Assembly (NCBI RefSeq): GCF_036321535.1
Contig: NC_087436.1
Span: forward strand, 54,686,001 to 54,750,000
Source of the DNA: Camelus dromedarius
Taxonomy: Eukaryota
Length of the DNA stretch: 64,000 bases
Direction of reading: 5' to 3'
Each line of letters opens with the position of its first letter. Position 1 is the stretch's first letter. The notes below the pieces were generated by a model. It did not search any database. It worked only from the letters and a program-made list of their open reading frames with translations, and was not told the origin of the DNA. This document shows, piece after piece, positions 25,156-35,600 of the stretch. The translations under genes were made by a program, and so were the position numbers.

Positions 25156-26868
25156 TGTTGCATTTCTATGCATTAACAACAAACAATCAGAAAGAGAAAT
25201 TTAAAAAAAAATCCCATTTATAATTATATCCAAAAGAATAAAATACCTAAGAATAAATCTACTAAGGAGGTAAAAGACTTGCTCTAGGAAAACTATACAA
25301 CAATGATGAAAGAAATTGAAGGTGACACAAACAGATGGAAAGACAGACCATGTTCATGGATTGGAAGAATTAATATTGTTAAAATGACCATACTATCCAA
25401 GGCAAACTACAGAGTCAAAGCAATTCCTATCAAAATACCAATGGCATTTTTCACATTCTAAAATTTGTACAGAAACATAAAAGAACCCAAATAGCCAAAG
25501 AAAACATGAAATGGAAGAACAGATCTGGAGGTATTGCATTACCTGACTTAACACTATACTGCAAAGCCACAGTAATCAAAACATTTTGGTACTGGCACAA
25601 AAAGACACACATAGATCAATGGAACAGAACAGAGATCAGAAATAAACCCATGCACTTATAGTCAATTAATCTATGACAAAAGAGGTGAGAATACACAATG
25701 GGGAAGGTACAGGCTCTTCAATAAGTTGTGCTGGGAAAACTGGACAGCTACATGTAAAAGAATGAAATTAAAATATTTTCTCACACTGTATGCAAAAATA
25801 AACTCAAAATTAATTAAAGATCTAAATGCAAGATTGGAACCATAAAACTCCTAGGAGAAAACATAGGCAGAACATTCTTTAACATAAATCATAGCAATAT
25901 TTTTTTGGGGGGTGGATCAGTTCCCTAAAGTAAAGGAAACAAGAGCAAAATTAAACAAAACCTAAGTAAACTGAAAAAGTTTTTCACAGCAAAGGAAATC
26001 ATCAAAAAAAAAAAAAAAATGAAGACAGCCTACTGAATGGCAGAAAATATTTGCAAGTGTGACCAATAAGGGGTTAGTATCCAAAGTATATAAATAGCCC
26101 TTATAACTCAATATCAAAAAATAAACAATCCAATCAAAAAATGAGCAAAAGACTGGAATAGATATTTTTCCAAAGAAGACATACAGATGGCCAACAGGCA
26201 CATGAAAAGATTTTCAACATTGCTAATCATCAGAAAACTACAATGATATATCATGTCATATCTATCAGATGGCTATCATCAAAAAGATCACAAATAATAA
26301 ATGTTGGGGAAGAAGTGGAGAAAAGGGAAACTTCGTACACTGCTGGTGGGAAAATAATTGATGTAGCCACTATGGGAAACAGTATGGAGGTTCCTCAAAA
26401 AAATAAAAATAGAAATACCATGTAATCTCACAATTCCACTCCTGGGTATATATCCAAAGAAAACAGAAACACCAATTCAAAAAGCTACATGCACTCCAAT
26501 ATTCATAGCAGCATTATTTACAATAGCCAAGATATGAAAGCAATCTAAGTGTCCATCAACAAATGAATGGATACATAAGATGTGGTGTGTGTGTATATAT
26601 ATGGCTATATATAGCCATAAAAGAATGAAGTTTTGCCATTTGCAATAACATGGATGGACTTGGAGGGTACTATATTCAGTGAAATAAGTCAGTCAGAGAC
26701 AGACAAATACTGTAAGGTATCACTTATATATAGAATCTAAAAAATATAACAAACTAGTGAATAAAACAAAAAAAGCAGCAGACTCACAGATATAGTGAAT
26801 AAAATAGTGGTTACCAGTGGGGAGAGGGAAGAGGGAGAAGCATGATAGGGATAGGGGATTAAGAAGTA

Positions 26869-27079
26869 AAGATAAACAAGACTGTACTGTGTAGCACAGG
26901 GAAATATATACAGGATCTTGTGATGGCTCACAGTGAAAGAGAAAGTGACAATAAATGTATGTATGTTCATGTATAACTGAAAAATTGTGCTCTACACTGG
27001 AATTTGACACATTGTAGAATGATTATAACTCAATAAAAAAAAATGTTTAAAGAAAGAAAGAGATGACTGGATAAAGAAG

Positions 27080-27120
<41 letters not shown>

Positions 27121-27540
27121 AATACTACTCAGCCATAAAAAAGAATAAAATAATGCCATTTGCAGCAACACAGATGGACCTGGAGATTGTCATTCTAAAT
27201 GAGTAAGCAAGAAAGAGAAAGAAAAATGCCATAGATATCACTTATATGTGGAATCTAAAAAAAAGGACATAAATGAACTTACCTACTAAACAGAAATAGA
27301 CTCATGGACATAGAGAACAAACTTATGGTTACCAGGGGATAAAGGGGTTGGGAGGGATAAATTGGGAATTTGAAAATTGCACCTCTTGGGAGAGATGTCA
27401 ATAATAACTATCTTGATTGTGGTAATGGTTTCATTGGTGTATACATCTATCTAAAGTCATCAAATTGTACACATCAAATATGTGTAGCTTACTGTACAGA
27501 GACCATATCACAATAAAAGTGTCTTTAAAAATGAAAAAAA
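26869..27540 (+). mobile_element. Composite nested insertion: young L1 tail (26869-27055), older L1 3' UTR (27061-27380) and L1MC/MD-like 3' end (27381-27540)
   Basis: The host 3' UTR resumes after duplicated aagaagta (26861-26868 / 27541-27548). Three distinct L1 3'-end sequences lie between. Confidence 0.8.
27083..27118. repeat. (CA)n microsatellite, ~18 units
   Basis: Read directly. Confidence 0.95.
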
Positions 27541-28010
27541 AAGAAGTACAAACTATTATGTGTAAAATAAATCAGCCACAAGGATATATTGTATAGCACA
27601 GGGTATAGCCAATATTTTCTAATAACTTTAAATTGAGTATAATAACCTTTTAAAATTGTGAATCACTATGTTGTACACCTGAAACTAATATAAAATTGTA
27701 AATTAGATATGCCTTAATAAAAAAAAGAAAATTGTGAATTAAAAGGACATTCACTTGATAGAGTATTTACTAAAGAATTTTAAGCAAATATCATTTTTTT
27801 TTAAAGATCAGGACAATATAGTTTCCTATAGAACTGCAACTATACAATGCAGGTTTGGAGGTCCTGGCTAAAATCTACATGGTCTAAAAAATATTTCTTA
27901 TTTTAACATGATATAGAAAGTTGACATGATTATCTACACAGAAAGTTCAACAGAATCAAAAAGTTATTAAAGTGAAAAAGAGATTTTGCTGAATACAAAA
28001 AATCTTGCAA

Positions 28011-28154
28011 TGTGACAATGAATATACATATGTTCATGTATAACTGAAAAATTGTGCTCTACACTGGAATTTGACACAACATTGTAAAATGATTATAAAT
28101 CAATAAAAAATGTTAAAAAAAAAAAAAGAAAATGCTTCCTTTCTTAAAAGAGAA
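28011..28154 (+). mobile_element. Very short young L1 3' tail with extra 3' sequence
   Basis: tgtgacaatgaatata..aatcaataaaaaatgtt(A)13. Perfect 14-bp TSD aaaaaatcttgcaa (27997-28010 / 28155-28168). Confidence 0.92.
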
Positions 28155-28947
28155 AAAAAATCTTGCAAATATCATTAGCATTTTTCTGATCTAGCAATAA
28201 GCAACTAAAAACTATAACTGAGAACACAGAAACTGGCCCATGAAAGCTTAGGAACTCAGACATTTGGTCTCTCATTCTTGCTGTGGCTATTAAGAGAGAG
28301 AGCTAATACGTCATTTAATGAACACTTATTGATAAACAAATACAACAAAGCACCATCCCTGGTGATTAGCATAGACAATTGTCAAAAAGACAAAATATCA
28401 GCTTTGCTTCAAGATAACAGCCTAGTAAAATGAAGGATGATATGTACCAAAGAGGGTAAGTTTGTATGTTTATATCTACCACAATAATAAAGGATATTTT
28501 TCTTAACATTATTGCTTTTGAAACTAAGTTTTTGACTCAAGATGCACAAAACAACATTACATTTATTTGCCTCTTGAGAATATTATTGTTTTTTAAAATA
28601 TGTATTCAATTATCTGACATAAATTAAGCATTTATTGTAATCTTACAACTAGTAGTGCATGCAGGTCTTCTAGACAGGAATATAAAATAGAAAATATTGT
28701 TCTTGATTATGACACCCTTAGAAGATAGTTGAGGAAATAAAACATAGACACATGAAACAACAGGATAACAATTACAAAACAACTATCAACTTGTGTAGTG
28801 AAACCTCTGTAATGAGAGCTAACTATAAGTAAGCTAATTTAGACTAGTTAAATATGTACTTCCTTCTTCCAAGTATATATAAAATAGCTCACAGTAGGCT
28901 AAACAATGCTCCATAAATTAGCATGTGCTAAATAATTATGCGTAAAT

Positions 28948-29077
28948 AATTTCCATGGTGTAAATTCCTCCACTGTGGACAATTTCAAGTTACCCATGGT
29001 TTAAGAGAATTCCTTAATACTTACAGAATTATCTTAATACTCATCAACCAGTATGAGCTGACTCCAGCACACCACAG
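28948..29077 (-). mobile_element. MER63A-like hAT MITE fragment
   Basis: aatttccatggtgtaaat..tttcaag and terminal gagctgactccagcacaccac. Confidence 0.65.
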
Positions 29078-29688
29078 TCCATATTTTAAAAGCGTATTCT
29101 CTTTCATTATCTCTAAGAGTTACTACTTCCCTTCCACGCTGATTTCTACAGAGGGATGTGGAGATGTTTTCTTTATAAGCAATTTGAGTCTCAAAATGTT
29201 ATTTCTCCTATGCTTTCTTAGAAGAAAAATGTTTACAAATGTTATCTGAAATATTTGAATCCTTAGTCTATGAAACCATACCCGTAGCCACTGTGTGGTT
29301 TAAAACAAACTCTATGACAAGATATATGTACTGGTATTGTATTTGTTAATGCTATGTTTTCTGCATTTCATTGAGACTATTTTTTTTCTTCAGAGAGGAT
29401 CTTCATCTGAGAGAAGACTTTATCTTTTCAGTATCTTCCAGCCAAATTCATTTTTCTCAATTTTTTTTCATCTTGGCTTTAAAACTCCTTTACTGTTTCC
29501 TAAAAACTTAGCACTTACTTGTAAAACGTCTTAGACTTGGTTTATCTGAAATACAGCAATGTGCATTGTTTCTGACAGAAATGTCAGAGTCAAGCTGGAT
29601 ACCATTCTTTTTGACAGCTTTTCTGTTGATATTTTTTCATCAGACTTTGGAAAAGCTGCTGTTCACTGGGGTCCTGGCATAACAATGT

Positions 29689-29735
29689 TAGTGTCACAGG
29701 CAGGTGGTAGTGTCACAGGCAGGTAGTATTGTCAC
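29689..29735. repeat. 19-bp tandem repeat, ~2.5 copies (tagtgtcacaggcaggtRg)
   Basis: Read directly. Confidence 0.85.
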
Positions 29736-30539
29736 TTGCTTTGAGCTTAGGGAGTCTTGGAAGCAGGGGGAAATTAGATACTTCATCTGAAATTCCAACT
29801 GTCTGCCTTTGTACATGAAGAAGTAAGGCTGACGTCCAGATTATTTTAGTTTCCAGGAAAGACTGTGGGGGGTATACTCTTAAATTGCAAAGGCAGTTTC
29901 ACGTCAAATCTTTTATTAAAGCCATTACCATTCAGTCTCCATAAATCTCACTGGGTCACTTAGATGGAGAAAATAAGGATATGACATGCAGTAATATAAT
30001 GTGGGCAGGGGTAAGGTGAGGATTCAGAGAGGAAAAAGAGGAAGAAAAATGTTTTGAAAATGCATTGAAAATGTATTTGTATCAAAAAGATTCATTTAAA
30101 CTGTACAGCTTTGATAAGGAAAGGAAAAATAACTCATTTATATCCAGGGCCACGAACAAGTGCATGTAACATATATTGAAATCTCAAATAATGACTGATA
30201 TAATAACTGATTCAAATACGCTGAATCAGTTCCCTGGAGAAAATTTCTTCATTTGATGCATTATAGTATAAAATAAGTAAAGGTAATGAGGTAAAGGTAT
30301 GCTCTTACTATGTATGGCTTTTAAAGTGGATGTAAAGATGTTTGACATTCTTATACCTTTAATAGCATGAATTGACAGAAATGAAATAGGTAATGATGAG
30401 ATGGTGCTTTCAACTGAAATTGAACAATGATTTATTGATCATGTAAGTATGAAAATTATCCTATAGGTTCTATGGTGACCACAGTTATGAGTAAATTGCA
30501 TGCCCTTAACCATTAAGAGCTTTTAATTTATCAGAGAAA

Positions 30540-30885
30540 ATAAAATCACATATAATTAGATTTAAAATGTAGCAGGCCACGCTAAGATCTATATACAGTG
30601 GTAAAAATAGTCCATAAGAATTTAGAGAAGAAAGAACTTAACTTTGAGTGGAGGGTACCTAGGAAAATTTTGGTAAATATATAGCTTTGAAGCAGAATAT
30701 TAAAAGACACCCAAAAGTTATGTAGGAGGTATCTGGGGAGTGAGAACATTCAAAATATAAACCTTTGCTTTTTGTGGTTTATTTATTAATCAAAGTTAAT
30801 TGGTTGTTCTATTATGTGTCAGACCTTGTGTTAGATGCTGAGGGGGAAGGATGAATAAGGTGTGATCTCTGCCCTCAAAGAAATA
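30540..30885 (-). mobile_element. Degraded L2 fragments
   Basis: ctattatgtgtcagaccttgtgttagatgctg..gatctctgccctcaaaga. Confidence 0.5.
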
Positions 30886-31325
30886 ATAGTGGCTGTTCCT
30901 GTTACAGAAGCAATTTATCTTTTTTCCTTTTTTCCTCCTGTAGTATAAGTATCTTGATACAAACTTTAAAAATTGTGTTTAACCAGTCCAGTTAGGGATA
31001 TAAATGGAGAAGATAATACAGAGAAAGGAGGTTAAAAATGAATAAATCAGAGCAGGTAGCACATAAATGTGATAGAATGGGGAAAAGCCAATTGCATTCT
31101 TGAACTTTAAACACCAGAGCCGTGACGGACCTAGCATACTTGATATCTTTTGTTAACATCTCTCTCTTCTCTGTGACAAAATTATTTTGAGTAATAATTA
31201 TGTAATATTTAATAATAATCATTATTTTTGACTTGTCCTTCATTAATATAACAATTTAAAAGAGAATTACTTTCAATTTTAAAGCTCTTAAAATTTATTA
31301 AAATATTTCATATGTGAGCTAAAAT

Positions 31326-31728
31326 TGCACTGAATTGTTTCCTATAGTTGATGTAACTAATTACCACAAACTTAGTGACTTAAAACAACATAAATTTATT
31401 GTCTTACAGTTCTGGAGGTCAGAAGTACTAAGAGGGGCTTCCTGAGACTAAAATCAAGCTTTTGGCAGAGATGTATTCCTCCTGAAGGCTTTGGAGAATT
31501 TCTTTCTCTTTTTCTAGAGGCTGCCCCTCTTCTTTCTTCAAATCTAGCAATTATATCACTCCAAACTCTTGGACACTTGTGATTACATTGAGCTCTCCCT
31601 GATAATCTATGAATATCACTCCATCTCAAGAGCCTTAATTCAATCACACCTGCAAGTCCTTTCTGCTGAGCAAGGTAACATATTCATAGATTCAGGTTAG
31701 GGAGGGGGTCATTATTTTGCCCATCATA
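31326..31728 (-). mobile_element. MaLR solo LTR (MLT1D-like)
   Basis: gtaactaattaccacaaacttagtgacttaaaacaac..cttacagttctggaggtcagaagt..gggggtcattattttgcccatcata. Confidence 0.85.
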
Positions 31729-31801
31729 CTAAAGTATTATGTCTTACAGTTCACCCTCTGTTTCACTGTTTTACATTTTAAACACAAACGAAGACTCCAA
31801 A

Positions 31802-32421
31802 TGCTCACAGTGAAACCTAGCAACACCCTAGGCGGCCTTCCTGGGGATAGATTCCCCCTTTCCCTGCCCAGTGTCCCCTTCTTCTTACTTGTACAAAAGC
31901 TTTAGCCTCCTCGGCCTTCTCCAAGTACCAAAGAGCAAATTTAATGCAGAAACAAAAGAAAGCTGTCAAGCAAGACAAAATAACAGTGTAAAAAAACAAA
32001 GTCTAGGACCTATAGTTCCTCCTTAAGGGCTATAGATAATATTCTGAGATGTATCCTTGAGTTGTTTTGTAGACACTAAAACCTCCACCAGGTGAAAGAA
32101 GTTAACTGCTGACCAGCATGTAGACCCCAAATCAGTTGGAAAAACAAAGCTGATAATATTGACTCTAGAAATACCACCCTATTACTACACCATCAATCAA
32201 TCAGAGCACTGTGCACGAGCTGATCACACACTGTGTGACACTCTCTCTCACAGTCTTTAAAAACCCTTCCCTAACCCTTGCCTTGACCTTCTCATGCAGT
32301 CTCTCAGGAATGTCTCTACATCCCCGAAGACCTGTGAGTAATAAACTTCTCTACTTCAATTACCTTGTGGTCTTTTGTTGAACCACAGCTCATCAGCAGA
32401 TACCTGGGGCTCTACTTAACA
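31802..32421 (+). mobile_element. ERV1-like solo LTR (cetartiodactyl type)
   Basis: caatcaatcagag..cacgagctgatcac, tttaaaa TATA-like box, aataaa at ~32340, ends ttaaca. 5' end and TSD not resolved. Confidence 0.7.
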
Positions 32422-32600
32422 AATCTTGGCTTTTGGCTCTTGCTTATAAGTTGTGAGTCTTGGAGAGTTACCTAAACTCTCTTGGCTTTTGTTCTCTGAA
32501 CTATAAAACTGAGGCAAGAATTCCTATTTCAATTGGTTGTTGTGAGAATGAAATAAGGCCATATAGACGAAGTATCTAATGCACTGTCTGCGTCTGTCTT
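32422..32600 (+). mobile_element. MIR
   Basis: aatcttggct..tgtgagtcttggagagttacctaaactctc..gttgttgtgagaatgaaataag. Confidence 0.65.
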
Positions 32601-35600
32601 CCTTGAGTAGTTTTTCTTAACTTCCCCTTGGCCAAATAAAGAAGCAGAGAAATAAATCTTAAAGGGGTAGAGGGTAAGGTGAAGGTATATCACGAAACTC
32701 ATAAACCAAAATAACCATCTTTCTGGGGTGAATACTTTCTGTGCCCTGTGCATGAAGACAGACAAATTTGAATGAAATGTTATCAAACTACAGATACATG
32801 GCACATATTTCCTGGGTCACACAGCAATCCTGGGCAAATACAGATTCACTGAAATATTGCTTATCACTTTTTTGTCATCTACTCTAGCCACCAGGCAATG
32901 CTTTATAGAACTGAACTTTGAGCAAAATATTTTGGCCGTTCCTCATGGTAGGCAGGTGTATGTGAGATGGATTTTAAAGCTAAACTCAAAGACAAAGGTG
33001 CTAGTGGAGAATGCCTGGGTCTCTCTAAAAATGTTGATGATTTATTATATGAACTCGAGCATGCTTGACTGAGGAAAAAAAGCTCCAATTCACAATCACT
33101 TTGTAATGATGTCACAAAAAGATAAGCACGGAAAGCAGGGAAATTCTTGCTTATTTTATTCAAAAATAATGAAATAGTTGGGCATTAAGATAACTTTTAA
33201 GTTGCTATTGAAAGATAATCGGTGTATTTCTTTTTGCTGGTAAACAGGGAACATTTTAAAACTGATTACAATCTGGCAAAAAGGTGAGTACTAGTGCCCT
33301 AGGATGTAAATTGCCTAGCTACAATTTTTGCTATCAAAGGCACCGCATTCTAAAGCTTTAGTCCTCATTTCAGAGGCAGAGACCTGCTTCTTTTGTATTG
33401 TAATCTTTGGACAAGAAGATTCATGCCCATAAACATGCACAACAATAAAGCTACCGAGGACAGATGAGACGGGAACGTTGGCAAAGCGTGTTGTTGTTTC
33501 TGCCATGGCTGTGCCAGCTGCATGATCCCTACTGGAAGCTGCTCGTTGGCTGAGATAGTATTTCAAATCAGAATAATTGAATGCCAGCGAGGGTGCATGT
33601 TCTGGTGTACAAATGGAAGTGCTAATCTAAAGTTAAATAAAAGTCAGAGCTCCAGGAAAGTAGAAGAGGAAGTTATTTCTGCTCCAAGCTAATGCTAAGG
33701 ATGTACAAATTCACACCAAATTTAATCTGAGTTTAGAACCAAATACGTTGTCATATATGTTTTTATTAGGTAAGAATTTAATACTAATGAGGAATTTTAT
33801 AAGTTATTAGTATTTTTATTATTTTACTGTGGAAGTGACAATTTACTGTTATCTAGGCAACTGTATTATTGGGGGTAAAGGCAACATAGTAACACTTTTT
33901 TCAGCCTGAAAAAAAGTTGTGGACTGTGTGTCTGATGCTACAGATGAGATGCATTCTAATCTGTTAAACCAATAGTTCTTTCAAAATGTGGACTAGAATC
34001 ACATGCCCTTCTCTGAACAGTTAGGGGCAAGGATTCATCTGGAAGCTAGGATGTTTTTGTAATGAATCTTCAGGAGTGCACTGTTTGAATATTCCAATGA
34101 CTGCCCAAGAATCTCTGTTTCCATTGTCAGTAGCAACAGGTCTTAAGGAAAGCAGTAGATGGCCTTGTGGTGTATCACGGTGGCACCAGTGCCCAATGAA
34201 ATTGACTTCCTGCTGGAAGATGTCACTTAATATGGCATTATGTAGACTACCCACCTAAACCCAGTTGACTTGCCATCTGTTCCACAGTGAAACTGGCACG
34301 ATTTCTAAGAAGAAACATCCTGCCATTCTATATAATGGCCTTTGGGATGGAAAGTCAATTGACCATGATAAGTTAAGTTGATTAATTGTTGATGTTAAAA
34401 TTAAGATTGCAAGCCAAAAAAAGAAAAAAAAATTGTAAGACTCTGTTTCATCCTGATTTTTTTTTCAATCTGATTTTTTGTGCTGAAAGTGATTCTGATT
34501 GCCTGCTAAGGTGCTGTATTTTTAGAATACACATTTACAGTAAAATACCTGCAGTAAAATATTTGTAGATATTTGAGGCTAATAATTAAGGTCTGTGAAA
34601 TTATTAGTCACATGCTGCCAGGTCTTGATTTAGAATGCTAATTTTGTAGTTCTCTATACACTACATGCAGGCTCAAGACATACAGATGCACGAATGCATA
34701 TTTGTGCTTACATTTACCATTCTATGTTATCTGAACATCCTAAGAAATTGTCCTGATTGGCAATTTTTTTCTGTGCTAAGAGAAAATGACCTCTAAGTTA
34801 CCCCTAACATCTTACGTCTAAGATGGACCATCATATGCCCATTAACTCACATCAGTGTACTCCTTTCAAAAGACTTCCCTTTGAAAGGGATCACCATGTC
34901 TGAACTAGCATAGCACCAAGAACACATAATGAGCTTAGTGATTATCATTTTTTTTGATATTACATAAAATTATCTTCATGAACTTCTATGGCTGTAATTT
35001 GATGGCACTTGGATTCTGCAGCCACCAGAGCCATAGTTTTTCTCAGTGTGTGTTCTTTACCCATGGTGTGTTGTTGTATCTAATTCTATGCCTCTCTTAT
35101 AGTTGATGGGTAGTTTGTAGTTATTCCCATATTATAGCATAAGCCTTTTCCCAGTTTATAGTTTAAGTCTATGCACATTTTATAGTTCTTATATACGGAA
35201 GATCAGTTTTTCTTTTGCCTATATCATGTTTAAAATTAGTTATATTGGTTTCTTTATGATTTTGTTTTCATAAACTTATTTTTGTTTGGTTTCTTCACGA
35301 ATCCACACTTCATCTAAATGATTGGTGAATACATATTCAGGGTAGGAGGCCACTGTACTCTGTAAGAGCAGCAGAGAGACTAAAAAACAAATCTGAATGG
35401 CCCTTGATCTGATATGGGCAGATGCACCAGTCAACCCCACAGTGAGAAAGCTATAATGATGAGATATGTTATGGACTTGTTGGCTTCAACTCCATCAATT
35501 GTGGAAAACACTGAGAGCAATTAGATTTGACAATGATACACTCTCATACTTAAAACTCTGGGGGAAGGAACCCCCCTGCCAATTGCTTTCCAAACAGGAT

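Larger units (their letters stand above)
25153..27725 (+). mobile_element. 5'-truncated L1 (3' ORF2 plus 3' UTR, L1MA9/laurasiatherian-type), interrupted at 26869-27540
   Basis: atctgttgcatttcta..catggattggaagaattaatattgttaaaatg..; poly(A) at ~27717-27726. Diverged TSD agaaaattataaactaa (25098-25114) / agaaaattgtgaattaa (27726-27742), 14/17 identical. Confidence 0.93.
19950..28220 (+). mobile_element. Highly degraded ancient L1 (L1ME-like) scaffold, broken by younger insertions; pieces at ~20430-20830, 21850-22030, 22930-23960, 24860-25114, 27726-28000, 28160-28220
   Basis: Colinear A-rich remnants of ORF1 (aattagtgacttgg.agattagg..aattctcaca) and ORF2 (caagtaggatttatttctggaatgca.agatggttca; gacatgattatctacacagaaa). 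The 5' boundary is uncertain. Confidence 0.55.
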
